Origin: Elusimicrobiaceae bacterium
GTDB taxonomy: Bacteria > Elusimicrobiota > Elusimicrobia > Elusimicrobiales > Elusimicrobiaceae
Direction of reading: 5' to 3'
Length of the DNA stretch: 64,000 nt
Assembly: GCA_017961295.1 (NCBI GenBank)
Contig: JAGCXL010000023.1
Span: 65,920 to 129,919 of the forward strand
The notes under the pieces are model-generated. The model did no database searches. It was given only the letters and a program-made list of their open reading frames with translations, and had not been told where the DNA came from. A program made the translations under genes and the position numbers. Position 1 is the first letter of the stretch, and the number at the start of each line of letters is the position of its first letter. Of the stretch, positions 10,601 to 19,461 are shown one piece after another.

Positions 10601-11148
10601 TGAAATCTGCTATCAACAAAATCAACCAAACTACGCGCGAAAATTTCAAATATACTTTTGAACAGGTGCGCGGGCATTTCAAAAACATTTTCCAATCGCT
10701 TTTCCGCGGCGGAGAGTGTGACTTGGTGCTTACCCAACCCGATAATCTGCTGGAAACGGGAATTGAAATTTATGCGCAACCTTCGGGTAAGAAGCTGTTA
10801 AATATTAATTCCATGTCCGGTGGGGAAAAGACGCTAACGGCCATGTCTTTACTGTTTGCGTTCTTTACACACCACCCGTCTCCGTTTTGTATTATGGATG
10901 AGGCCGACGCCGCTTTGGACGAAGCCAACGTGGAACGCTACGTGAACCTCATTAAAGAGTTTTCCAAATCTACGCAGTTTATTGTGGTCACCCACAATAA
11001 ACGCACCATGGAAGCCGCGCGCATGCTCTACGGGATTACCATGGAAGAAAGCGGGGTTTCCAAAGTGATGTCGGTAAACTTGGCTGACCGCAACAATGCC
11101 GAAGAGAATAAGAAGAAGGAAGAGTTGGAAGCGTTGGTAGATGCGTAG
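7669..11148 (+). CDS. smc: Chromosome segregation protein SMC
   Basis: GFKSF, Walker A GPNGCGKSN, long coiled coils, signature MSGGEK, Walker B/D-loop DEADAALD. Confidence 0.97.
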   Translation: MYLKAIEILGFKSFADKSRLDFEPGITCVVGPNGCGKSNVIDSVRWTIGEMSWKALRSGSMVDIIFNGTAKRAPLNMAQVSMIFDNASRQLPLDFNEITVTRKIFRSGESEYYLNKVQCRLRDIRDLFLDTGIGGGGYAIIDQGGVESVLSASAEQRREMFEEVAGVSKYKAKREECIRRLERVDMDLARLSDTVALITEQIKKLDSEAKKARLYQKYREELKESEIAISLHSLKESAALIAKHSGELQPIEQKLTDLENRISAQEGATAALDLNLTHKQKEAAVFNEKISASKYQVGLLEGAIKNCDNLTAELTAQIASSGAEAQRGQNRLAELGPALAKLKESLAVVTAKLNPLQENYNAKTAQAQQLENDLRTADSDLQRASNELMTLVQKQMEVTNKIALEESNIKREEEDLIAAEKANQAQQKGLRALQESVQEVTLRVQGKQTEADTSKSAIAQAETTLRNLQQERASLNEKLSGVKSARAGLAAKLELIQTQGKNDPYWVGVKTVLDAKLPGVKGTLRKALKYPASLQVAVEESFGKYLDALLCDTHVTVQKCVELLQRTGKARAKFIVLESVPQATVEKNGTLKKQLTYKAELEDLIDLIIGGYSYQAGVVNGGFFVSGGDESVRAPEAYWGEEETVKEQLAAQTLQEEKITGELAKNLENLTRAEADLKNLRVKAQEVVLALNSVQNERANKERELKLVEETLAKAAARKQEITLRVDNRKAQIDTLQKQVAQIKAQHEDCVKRSEETKKRQQTLREQAEVLKNEINALSASLYEMRIQKNNVELDLKSTEYEFNSLTENEGKRNEKIASSNLRLKSLADEKLTTQAKLSTERDTLAKLEIDEHQMRADLEALKKDYDEKMSALNACKKESSDLTLQKNNLENALANARRQHTTVANSLFESWNITPEEAEMNYGKKEVDYERVKMMRKRIENMGAVNMTAPEEYDALNERNEFLKAQMADLDGAKKDLKSAINKINQTTRENFKYTFEQVRGHFKNIFQSLFRGGECDLVLTQPDNLLETGIEIYAQPSGKKLLNINSMSGGEKTLTAMSLLFAFFTHHPSPFCIMDEADAALDEANVERYVNLIKEFSKSTQFIVVTHNKRTMEAARMLYGITMEESGVSKVMSVNLADRNNAEENKKKEELEALVDA

Positions 11149-11171
11149 AGGTATTTAGAAATTGTCAAAAT

Positions 11172-11201
11172 AAAAAACCCACTTTAAAAAGCGGGTTTTT
11201 T
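11172..11201. terminator. Bidirectional terminator between smc and the tRNA-Ala region
   Basis: AAAAAACCCAC...GCGGGTTTTTT. Confidence 0.7.
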
Positions 11202-11302
11202 GATAATAAATGGTGGACTAGCGTTTTTGCGATCCTGGTTATTCGGCGTTGACTAGTTCCTGTTAGCCAAAGTAAAACCTCGCTTTCGCGAGGTTTAAAT
11301 TT

Positions 11303-11375
11303 TGGACCTGACAAGGATCGAACTTGCGACCTCCTGCATGCCATGCAGGCGCTCTCCCAGCTGAGCTACAGGCCC
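11303..11375 (-). tRNA. tRNA-Ala(GGC), CCA not encoded
   Basis: GGGCCTGTAGCTCAGCTGGGAGAGCG...CCTGC AT GGC AT GCAGG...GTTCGATCC...CAGGTCCA; G3:U70 pair. Confidence 0.96.
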
Positions 11376-11417
11376 GTTACATCTATAGTATATCAGTTTT
11401 ATAGGCAAAAAGCAAAC

Positions 11418-12248
11418 TTAATCTTTGTACAAGCCGCGCAAAAGTTTAATTTCGCGTGCGTAACCTTCTAAATCATTGGGGGTTTCCAAACAAAACGGTA
11501 AATGTTTGAGTGCGGGGTGATTGATAACGCCCGCCAGGGTTTTTGTACCGATAGTTCCCTCGCCAATACAGGCGTGGCGGTCTTTGTGGGAACCGAGTGG
11601 GTTTAAGCTATCGTTTAAGTGAACTGCTCTTAGTAAAGAAAGCCCGATTTGTTTATCAAACTGAGTGAGGGTATCATCTAGTTTTACAAGAGAATATCCT
11701 GCATCGCTAATGTGGCAGGTATCCAAACATACGCCCAGCAACTGATTATGTTTTACTCCATCCAAAATACGCTTTAGTTCGTCAAATTTCCCGCCGATTT
11801 CACTGCCTTTGCCGGACATGGTTTCCAACAGTACGGTGGTGTGTTGCTTGGAGGCTAAAATGCGATTTAAGACGTCTATAATCAGCTCAATGCCTTTATC
11901 CACCCCTTGCCCTACATGGGAACCCGGGTGAAAGTTATATAGATTTCCGGGTACATATTCCATGCGTTTTAGGTCATCGGCAAAGGTCATTAAGGCAAAA
12001 TCACGAATTTTAGGGTCTGCACTGGCTGGGTTTAATGTGTAGGGAGCATGCGCGATAATAGGCGCAAAGTGATGCGCTTGCATGAGGGAAATTAAATTTT
12101 TGGCATCTTGCGGGTCAATTTCTTTGGCTTTGCCGCCGCGCGGATTTCGCGTAAAAAATTGGAACGTATCGGCACCGATAGAAAGTGCCGTTTGCCCCAT
12201 GGCTTCAAAACCGTTACTGCTGGATAAATGACAACCGATGTGTAGCAT
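11418..12248 (-). CDS. nfo: Endonuclease IV
   Basis: [40 protein letters not shown]. Confidence 0.95.
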   Translation of the reverse strand: MLHIGCHLSSSNGFEAMGQTALSIGADTFQFFTRNPRGGKAKEIDPQDAKNLISLMQAHHFAPIIAHAPYTLNPASADPKIRDFALMTFADDLKRMEYVPGNLYNFHPGSHVGQGVDKGIELIIDVLNRILASKQHTTVLLETMSGKGSEIGGKFDELKRILDGVKHNQLLGVCLDTCHISDAGYSLVKLDDTLTQFDKQIGLSLLRAVHLNDSLNPLGSHKDRHACIGEGTIGTKTLAGVINHPALKHLPFCLETPNDLEGYAREIKLLRGLYKD

Positions 12249-13293
12249 CTTTTCCCTTGGCTAGTTTTAGTAAATCCGCGGTCAGCTGCAAAACATCTTC
12301 TTGGCGGGTGGCCCAACTGGTACAAATGCGAATAGCGCTATGGTTTTTATCCATACGTTTGATGTGGGCAAAACAATAGGTTTCTTCTAAATTGGCTAAC
12401 AAATTATTAGGCAAAATAGGAAATTGCTGGTTGGTGGGGGAATCGTATAAGAACGAAAACCCCGCTTGTTGGCAGGCGGTTTTGATAAGGGCCGCCATGT
12501 CGTTGGCGTGTTTGGCAAGCTCTAAATATAATCCGTCTTCAAATAAGGTTAAAAATTGAATTCCCAATACGCGCCCTTTAGCCAAAATACCGCCTTTTTG
12601 TTTCATAAAGTAACGGAAATCTTTTTGAAGTTTCAGATTGGGAATGACAACGGCCTCGCCCAGCAAGGCGCCGATTTTGGTGCCGCCAATATAAAACACA
12701 TCGGCCAGGGCTGCTATATCGGGCAAAGTAACGTCGTTGCCTGGGGCGGTTAAACCGTAGCCCAAGCGAGCTCCGTCAATAAATAAAAATAAATGGTTCT
12801 CGTCACATACGCGGCGGATTTCTTTTAGTTCTTCTAACGTATAAAGGGTCCCGTATTCGGTAGGGAACGAAATATAGACCGTACGCGGCTGGGGAGCAAA
12901 TTCCGGATTGTCGTCTTCCCAATGTTCCTTGCAAACTTGCGCGATTTGCGCGGCCGTAATTTTGCCGTTGGTTTGTGGCAAGGCTTCAATGCGGTGCCCG
13001 GTGGCTTCAATGGCGCCTGTTTCGTGTACGTTGATATGCCCGGTAACCGGAGACAAAATGCTCTGGTAAGGGCGGGAACAGGCGGCTAGCACCGTTAAAT
13101 TCGTTTGGGTGCCTCCACACAAAAAGTGGACTTGCGCTTGTGGTGCCTTGCATAAATCTTTAATCAACTCTTCCGCCTGACGGCAATACGGGTCGGTTCC
13201 GTAGCCGGCAGTTTGCTCTAAATTAGTTTGCGCTAGGCGCTCCAAAATACGGGGGTGGGCCCCTTCGTTATAATCACAATTAAACCAAAGCAT
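12214..13293 (-). CDS. Low-specificity L-threonine aldolase (PLP)
   Basis: GYGTD, GGTQTN, HETGAIE, DGARL, GGTK. Confidence 0.9.
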   Translation of the reverse strand: MLWFNCDYNEGAHPRILERLAQTNLEQTAGYGTDPYCRQAEELIKDLCKAPQAQVHFLCGGTQTNLTVLAACSRPYQSILSPVTGHINVHETGAIEATGHRIEALPQTNGKITAAQIAQVCKEHWEDDNPEFAPQPRTVYISFPTEYGTLYTLEELKEIRRVCDENHLFLFIDGARLGYGLTAPGNDVTLPDIAALADVFYIGGTKIGALLGEAVVIPNLKLQKDFRYFMKQKGGILAKGRVLGIQFLTLFEDGLYLELAKHANDMAALIKTACQQAGFSFLYDSPTNQQFPILPNNLLANLEETYCFAHIKRMDKNHSAIRICTSWATRQEDVLQLTADLLKLAKGKDATHRLSFIQQ

Positions 13294-13323
13294 AAAAACC
13301 TCTTACTTCTATTGTACCTTTTT

Positions 13324-14502
13324 CTAGGCGTTGTTGTCTTGCGGCAGAGAGGCTTTTTCGTCTTCCAACAATTCGGGCAATTGTTTGGAAGATTTAAGAC
13401 GCAAGTCTTCAAGTTGTTTGGCAGAAGAAATAATGCCTTGTTTGCCGCGCAGCGCTTTGTCTGCCTCTATGTAGGATTTATCTAACTGGTTAATGCGCGT
13501 ATGAATTTCTTCCATACGTTGGGCAAAGCGGCCGGTGCGCTCTAGCATTTCTTGTGCGGTTTTAAAAATCTTTTCCGTTAGTTGCCCGGCTCGTTCTTGG
13601 CGCCACAGGTTATCCGCCACTTGCAGGACGGAAAACAAGTTGGAAGCCGTTACAATAGCAATATGATTTTTGCGCGCTAGTTCGTTTAGTTCCGGTTTAG
13701 CTTGTACGGCAATGAAATAAGCGTATTCTATAGGGATAAACATAAACGTAAAATCCAGCTTTTCATGGGGAAGTAGTGCCGTATAGTCTTGTTGAGCCAG
13801 TTCCTTAATATGCTTTTCAATAGACGTTACATGTTCCTTTAGGTACTTTTGTTTGTCTTCTTCTGTAGTGGCGGCCTGCCATTGCATATAGGCGGTAAAA
13901 GACATTTTGGAATCTATAATTAAATCGCGCTTGCCGGGCAGGTGAATAATAAAGTCCGGCTGTTTGCGTTGATTTTCTTGCGTAGTAAAAGAAACTTGGG
14001 TATCAAATTCAATCCCTTTACGTAGCCCGGCCGCTGTTAAAACATCTTCCAAAATGATTTCACCCCAGGTACCTTGGCGTTTGGGGCTTTTTAAAGCCTC
14101 GGTTAAATTCTGTGCCTCTTGAGAGAGGTTTTCGTTTAGCTGCAAGGTGCGCTCAATGGCGTTTTGAAGAAGCCCATGGCGCGCAGTGCTTTCCGTACGT
14201 AGTTCGCCTACTTGTTTGGTAAATTTATCCAGGGTTTCTTTAAGGGGGGAAACCATCTCTTTGTTTTGATTAACTAGTTCTGCCTTTTGTTCTTTTAAAG
14301 AGTCGGTAGCTAGTTGCTTAAAAGAATCTTTGGCTTGTTGCTGCAGGGTATTAAAAAATTTTTCTTGTTCGGCTTGTTTTTGGTCCAACGCGTTTTTGCG
14401 TTCTTGCAAACGGATATTTTCCAGTTTTAACTGGTTGATTTTCCATAGTGCCCATATCCCAATGAGCAGAGCACCGGCTAAAAAAGCAATGAGTAGTTGC
14501 AT
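13324..14502 (-). CDS. rmuC: DNA recombination protein RmuC
   Basis: N-terminal TM, QGTWGEIILE, QPDFIIHLP, IIDSK, MFIPIE. Confidence 0.93.
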   Translation of the reverse strand: MQLLIAFLAGALLIGIWALWKINQLKLENIRLQERKNALDQKQAEQEKFFNTLQQQAKDSFKQLATDSLKEQKAELVNQNKEMVSPLKETLDKFTKQVGELRTESTARHGLLQNAIERTLQLNENLSQEAQNLTEALKSPKRQGTWGEIILEDVLTAAGLRKGIEFDTQVSFTTQENQRKQPDFIIHLPGKRDLIIDSKMSFTAYMQWQAATTEEDKQKYLKEHVTSIEKHIKELAQQDYTALLPHEKLDFTFMFIPIEYAYFIAVQAKPELNELARKNHIAIVTASNLFSVLQVADNLWRQERAGQLTEKIFKTAQEMLERTGRFAQRMEEIHTRINQLDKSYIEADKALRGKQGIISSAKQLEDLRLKSSKQLPELLEDEKASLPQDNNA

Positions 14503-14551
14503 AAAAATCTCCTTAAATTATGATAACAATTTAGGGGGGTATAGTCCAATT

Positions 14552-14586
14552 AAAAACCGCCCGGCATGTTATAACCGGGCGGCTTT
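14552..14586 (-). terminator. Terminator of the aax operon
   Basis: CCGCCCGG/CCGGGCGG stem with T-run on the minus strand. Confidence 0.7.
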
Positions 14587-14611
14587 CATTACGGCTTACC
14601 GACTTGTAGGA

Positions 14612-16063
14612 TTATATTTTAAGAAGCCCGCGGCTAAACGCATAAATAGCCGCAAGAGCCGCCAGTACAAGCAGGGTTACCACCGCTTTTTCGGCTCCAG
14701 CAAAGGTGGGTTTGCCGTCTTTTTTCTGTTTGCGGGCCCATACAAAGACCGGTACACCTAACGCCAAAAAAATGGCCGCTAAGAACAAATATTTTAACCC
14801 GGCGGCATAGAGTAACCACAAGGCAAAGCCGGTTCCTAATATGGACGTAGCCAGGGCGGCGGCCCGTCCGGTTGTGGAAAGTTTTTCAAACTCGCCGTCT
14901 TCCACTAATTTCCACAAATAAAGCGTGCTGGCCAAATACGCCGGCAAAACCATGACCCCTGTAATAGAGAGCATGGTGTTCCACGCGTTATTTGAAAAAT
15001 ACACCATCAAAATAGCCAGCTGCATGGCGGCGCTTGTAACCCATAAGGAGACATCCGGTGCCCCGGCTTTGTTTTGATGAGCAAACACGCTGGGGAAGGT
15101 GCCGTTTTCAGCAGCGGCGGCCGGGATTTCGGCGGTAATCATCGTCCATGCGAGCCACGAAGAGAGTACTGCAATCAAAAGACCGCAGTTCATAAATACC
15201 GCGCCCCAGGGGCCGACTACTTTTTCCAATACGCCGGCGGTGGAAGGATTGGCTACCGCGGCAATTTCTTCTTGTGTTAAAAACCCAAACGGCAAGACGG
15301 AAAGCCCAACGTAAATCACCAAACATCCTAAAAAGCCCAGTAAAGTGGCCTTGCTGACGGCAGATTGATTTTTGGCCCGGTTGGAGAGTACCACCGCACC
15401 TTCAATTCCGATGAAAGACCACAACGTAACAAGCATGGTACTTTTGAGTTGGGCTCCTAAACTGCCCAGTTTATGACCGCCTTCGGCAATTTTTCCTAAA
15501 AAGTTGTAGTCAAACTTATCCGCGTGGAATGCAAAAAGCAAGATTACACAAAAGGCCAATAGCGGAACCAGTTTGCCAATGGTGCCGATGATGTTTAAAA
15601 TAGTGGCTTGTTGTATGCCACGCAGCACGATAAAGTTGAAACTCCAAATTAGTAGCGAGCCGCACACGATAGAGAGTAAATTATTTCCACCGGCAAAATG
15701 CGGCGGGAAAAAATAGTTAAGTGCATCCATCGTGATAACAGCGTATCCTACGTTGCCAAAGATTTGGCAGAGCCAATATCCCCAACCGATGGTAAAGCCG
15801 ACATATGGGCCAAATCCCTCGCGTGCGTACATGTAGATACCGGCAGTTAAGTCCGGCTTGACGCGAGAAAGCACACTAAACGTGTTGGCAATAAAATACA
15901 TGCCAAAGCCCGTGATTACCCAGGCCAGTAGTACCGCTGCGGCGGAAGCACTAGCCGCCATGTTTTGAGGGAGGGAAAATACCCCTCCCCCAACCATGGA
16001 ACTAATCACAATACTAGCAAGACCAATTACGCCTAATTTGGCAGCCGTTTTGTTATTTCCCAT
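14612..16063 (-). CDS. aaxC: Arginine/agmatine antiporter (APC family)
   Basis: [25 protein letters not shown]; ~12 TM segments; follows aaxB. Confidence 0.88.
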   Translation of the reverse strand: MGNNKTAAKLGVIGLASIVISSMVGGGVFSLPQNMAASASAAAVLLAWVITGFGMYFIANTFSVLSRVKPDLTAGIYMYAREGFGPYVGFTIGWGYWLCQIFGNVGYAVITMDALNYFFPPHFAGGNNLLSIVCGSLLIWSFNFIVLRGIQQATILNIIGTIGKLVPLLAFCVILLFAFHADKFDYNFLGKIAEGGHKLGSLGAQLKSTMLVTLWSFIGIEGAVVLSNRAKNQSAVSKATLLGFLGCLVIYVGLSVLPFGFLTQEEIAAVANPSTAGVLEKVVGPWGAVFMNCGLLIAVLSSWLAWTMITAEIPAAAAENGTFPSVFAHQNKAGAPDVSLWVTSAAMQLAILMVYFSNNAWNTMLSITGVMVLPAYLASTLYLWKLVEDGEFEKLSTTGRAAALATSILGTGFALWLLYAAGLKYLFLAAIFLALGVPVFVWARKQKKDGKPTFAGAEKAVVTLLVLAALAAIYAFSRGLLKI

Positions 16064-16075
16064 AGGCAGCCTCTA

Positions 16076-16675
16076 TTATTTTAAATTCACCGGTTCGGCA
16101 AATTTAAAGTTCAAAAAACCCATGACGGTTAAGCAGTAAGCAAACGGCTGGGTGATGTTAATGTAGTTGTGCCAAATTTGAAATTCGCTATGTTTTTCTA
16201 CACCGCGGATTTCCAATTCGTGCTTTAGGGATTTGTTGAGCCACATATGGGCGTGCCCTTCGGCAATTTCATCATCAATGGGGGTATCAAAATATTCTAC
16301 ATACTCTGCTGCCCAACCGCCGATTAAGTTACCTTTTTTGTCTTTTCCCCAGCATACGCCTACACCGGTGGCAATGGCTTTGTGGTCTTCGATGCGGGCA
16401 CCGTTTCCGGCCATAATAACTTCCAGCACAGCCCCATGTTTGAAGTATTTGGTTACTTGGTCTACCGGCACAATGTTGCCGTATAATTCTTTGGGAAGTA
16501 CCGAAGTGTAAGGCACGATGTTAAAGTTTTCTACTTTGGCTTGCAAGAGGGCCGAATCGTAGCAGAAAGTTTCAAACGGTTGCGGCGGGATACCGTCCGC
16601 AGCTTGCCCGGCTCCGCCGGAAATAAAAGCTAATGTAGGATAGCGTGTACCTAATACTAAGTCTTTATTTTCCAT
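16076..16675 (-). CDS. aaxB: Pyruvoyl-dependent arginine decarboxylase
   Basis: GTRYPTLAF...[35 protein letters not shown], with the T-S self-cleavage site of chlamydial AaxB. Confidence 0.93.
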   Translation of the reverse strand: MENKDLVLGTRYPTLAFISGGAGQAADGIPPQPFETFCYDSALLQAKVENFNIVPYTSVLPKELYGNIVPVDQVTKYFKHGAVLEVIMAGNGARIEDHKAIATGVGVCWGKDKKGNLIGGWAAEYVEYFDTPIDDEIAEGHAHMWLNKSLKHELEIRGVEKHSEFQIWHNYINITQPFAYCLTVMGFLNFKFAEPVNLK

Positions 16676-16690
16676 ATTATGTTCTCCTTT

Positions 16691-17932
16691 TTATAATTGT
16701 ATGGTGGTTCGTAAACCTACTACCGTTGCAAATTGTTTTTTGTCATTAAACGCGGCGCGCGGATAGAGTTGTAAATCCGGCGTAATGGTAATCAGCTTGC
16801 CAATGCCCCACACCCAGGCTAACTCTAGTGCAGTTTCGCCGCTGCGCATATAGTTGGGGTATCCTTGCCCTTCGGCACTGAGGCGATTATAAGCAATGCC
16901 CGCTAAAATAGCGTCTTGGCTGTTGCGGTGAAACGGATTTAATAATGCTCCGCCAAGTGCGTAAGAGTTTTTAATACCGGTTACGCCGTTGTTTGATCCG
17001 TTGGCACGTCCAAATACGGCCCATTTTTCGCCCATATTTTGCTGCATATTAAACGACCAACCATGTACCCCTTGCGGTTGCAATTCCACGGAAGGTTGAT
17101 AGTAATATAAGAAACCATATTGGCCGGCGCCCAGTTCAAAATTAGGCGTCCAGGCGGCATAACCAAATGTAGTGTATTTCCCGCTGAAAGCATCCCCGAG
17201 TTCAATATGCTCTCCGGTAACATTGGTGGCATCTTGATACCCGGCAGCTAAGGTAAACTCTTTGGTTTGTGCTTGTAAGTAGCCTCCAAAGGAAGCCGAC
17301 GGATACGTTGATGTAGCATTTTGGGAAAGCGCAAAGTTCATTAGAGCAGTTTGCTGATTATCCAAATACGTTGTTCCGTCAAAGTTGTATAGCGGGAATT
17401 GCCCGACGGTAACGCTTAACCAGTTTAAATCGCCGGGTAACGTGTGCGTGTAGGAAAATTGGGAGAAAAATTCTTGGTTGGCGGCGTAATCGTTAAATGC
17501 AGTTGCCGTGTTGATACGGTTTTGCAGATAAAAGGCTTGCGTTCCCCAATAACGCACAAAGGTGTAGTTAACGTTTAATTGGCCAGCACCGAACGTGTTG
17601 CTTTTAAATAAATTCCACGTTAAGTACGGGTAATATACACCCTGGATTGCGGTTTGCTTTCCATTAGGGGCAGCACGCTGGGCCAAATAAGATACATCCA
17701 CACCAATATCTAACCCAATTTTATTAGCCGTATGTTTGGCTTCCTGCCAAGTTTTTTCAAGGGCAAGCTCAGTTTCCTCCAAGGCTGTTGCCCGGCGGTT
17801 GTGCACACGCTGTTCGTGTTTGGCAGTGGGTAAAAATACTTCGTAAGTTTCTGTTTCTACAAAAATTTGGGCGGACGAAACCATAGCACAACATAGTAAC
17901 ACCAACGCCCAAATAAGAGGTTGCTTTTTCAT
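16691..17932 (-). CDS. aaxA: OprB-family outer-membrane porin (AaxA-like)
   Basis: Signal peptide, amphipathic strands, ITPDLQLY...GLRT end; first gene of the operon with aaxB/aaxC. Confidence 0.78.
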   Translation of the reverse strand: MKKQPLIWALVLLCCAMVSSAQIFVETETYEVFLPTAKHEQRVHNRRATALEETELALEKTWQEAKHTANKIGLDIGVDVSYLAQRAAPNGKQTAIQGVYYPYLTWNLFKSNTFGAGQLNVNYTFVRYWGTQAFYLQNRINTATAFNDYAANQEFFSQFSYTHTLPGDLNWLSVTVGQFPLYNFDGTTYLDNQQTALMNFALSQNATSTYPSASFGGYLQAQTKEFTLAAGYQDATNVTGEHIELGDAFSGKYTTFGYAAWTPNFELGAGQYGFLYYYQPSVELQPQGVHGWSFNMQQNMGEKWAVFGRANGSNNGVTGIKNSYALGGALLNPFHRNSQDAILAGIAYNRLSAEGQGYPNYMRSGETALELAWVWGIGKLITITPDLQLYPRAAFNDKKQFATVVGLRTTIQL

Positions 17933-18046
17933 AAAAACTCCGTTGAAATAAAAATGGAAGGAAAGCAGGAAGCAAAAACTAATACTAATATACTATATCA
18001 TGTTAAAAATTGCAACAAAAAACCCACCGTAAAGGCGGGTTTTATA

Positions 18047-18121
18047 TGGTGCCCAGTACAGGGATCGAACCTGTGGCCTTTCCCATGTCAAGGGAACGCG
18101 CTACCGCTGCGCCAACTGGGC
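18047..18121 (-). tRNA. tRNA-Val(GAC)
   Basis: GCCCAGT acceptor, TTCCC TT GAC AT GGGAA anticodon arm, GGTTCGATCCC, ACCA end; hairpin 18017-18043 downstream. Confidence 0.96.
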
Positions 18122-18229
18122 CTAAATCTATTTTCATTATACCATATTGGTTTTAAGAAGGCAAAAATTTGAAAGAAAAACAGATTTTTTGTTATAAAAG
18201 TTCATTAGGAGCGTTTAGTTGTAAAAAAT

Positions 18230-18293
18230 TTACCTACAAGCGTGTAACTTCCACCATTGAAGCATAATAATTGTTTTATCATCACAGATTCCC
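18230..18293 (-). pseudogene. Displaced duplicate 3' end of the NUDIX gene
   Basis: Translates GICDDKTIIMLQWWKLHACR*, versus EICDAKTIIMLQWFQLQGGIW* in the intact gene. Confidence 0.8.
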
Positions 18294-18336
18294 TCAGTAA
18301 ACGGGTGATTATTTGAACTCGCAGGCCCACATTTAC

Positions 18337-18404
18337 AGAGCTGAAAGGCCTAATAGAAAATAGGTCTTTGGACCCTTGTGGACACAATTGCAAACAAATA
18401 TAAT
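18337..18404 (+). promoter_or_regulatory. Two 16-bp operator-like boxes and a sigma70-like promoter
   Basis: AGAGCTGAAAGGCCTA (18337) and TAGGTCTTTGGACCCT (18361), then TTGTGG-N17-TATAAT; same layout upstream of the paralog at 49185. Confidence 0.6.
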
Positions 18405-18436
18405 AAAAGTATCTCTATGAGAAAGGAGGAGATGAC

Positions 18437-18919
18437 ATGAAAAAGTTGTTGTTAGCTGGACTTGCTGGGATGTTATGCTTAAGTGCCACAAGCAGCATTG
18501 CTCAAGTACCACAAGGAACATTGCAAGACAAAGTGGTAAGTTTGGAAGTGCAAAATAGAGTGCTGAGCGAGAAAATAAGTAGCTTAGAGAAAGAAATTCG
18601 TTCGCTACGTTCTCAAGCGGCTTCCTCCGTGAAACCATACTATGTGAGTGCATCTGTTCAAAACAAGTGCGAGAAGTTTGTTAGACTGTCTACTTGGGCT
18701 GCTTTGCATTATGAAGACGACCAATATTTCAAGGTTGAAGGTGTTTGTGAAACAAGCGGTTTTTTTCAAAACACGAATACCCTGCGTCATCAGTTATGGT
18801 TACAAACATCCAGAGGAATTTATGTTTACACCAGAGAAGGGAAAGGGAGAAATCCTTCCTCTTGGAATGAACATATTTTTACCGGTCACCATATGCCGCC
18901 TTGCAGCTGGAACCATTGA
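18437..18919 (+). CDS. Secreted coiled-coil hypothetical protein, paralog of 48622-49185
   Basis: Signal peptide; shared LEVxNRVLxE, KPYYV, QxKCEKF, WAA, GKGxNP..W. Confidence 0.85.
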   Translation: MKKLLLAGLAGMLCLSATSSIAQVPQGTLQDKVVSLEVQNRVLSEKISSLEKEIRSLRSQAASSVKPYYVSASVQNKCEKFVRLSTWAALHYEDDQYFKVEGVCETSGFFQNTNTLRHQLWLQTSRGIYVYTREGKGRNPSSWNEHIFTGHHMPPCSWNH

Positions 18920-19431
18920 AGCATAATAATTGTTTTTGCATCGCAAATTTCCCCTTTTTCTACCATTTTGTACGCTTGGGAAAAGGGGATTTTTTTAAGG
19001 TTAATAAATTCGTCTTCGTCGGGACTGTCTTTCCCACGCGCAAGCCCGGTGGCCACATATAGGTGCAATTGTTCATTGGAAAACGCGTTAGAGGGGTTAA
19101 ACATCATCACGTGTTTAATACTTTTGGCACACATGCCCGTTTCCTGCTTGAGTTCGGCGCGTGCGCAAGCCAAAAACGTTTGGCCTTTTTCACGCTTTCC
19201 GGCCGGGATTTCCAGGGTGGTTCTACCAATGGGATAGCGGTATTGTTGGACCAAATATACACACCCGTTTTCCACGGGCAGTACACCGCTGGCTCCGCGA
19301 TGATCAAAATATAATCGGGTAGCGGTATGGCCGTTAATCAGTTTTACGGTGTCTAATTTGACCCCCAAGATACCGTTAAAAAGAGTTTTGCCGGAAATTT
19401 TTGTTTCTTTTAATTTACTATAATGTTTCAT
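18886..19431 (-). CDS. NUDIX hydrolase (ADP-ribose pyrophosphatase-like)
   Basis: QYRYP, LEIPAG, Nudix box ARAELKQETG, DEDEFI, DAKT. Confidence 0.92.
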   Translation of the reverse strand: MKHYSKLKETKISGKTLFNGILGVKLDTVKLINGHTATRLYFDHRGASGVLPVENGCVYLVQQYRYPIGRTTLEIPAGKREKGQTFLACARAELKQETGMCAKSIKHVMMFNPSNAFSNEQLHLYVATGLARGKDSPDEDEFINLKKIPFSQAYKMVEKGEICDAKTIIMLQWFQLQGGIW

Positions 19432-19461
19432 AGACACATCTTATAATATTTGGATTCCCTT

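Larger units (their letters stand above)
18253..18952. mobile_element. Integrase-free single-gene cassette flanked by direct repeats
   Basis: ACCATTGAAGCATAATAATTGTTTT at 18253-18277 and 18912-18936 (36/41 when extended); 659-bp period. Confidence 0.7.

Noticed and set aside
11211-11302. Group I intron in tRNA-Ala
   Set aside because: Too short, lies outside a complete cloverleaf, and has no P/Q/R/S core
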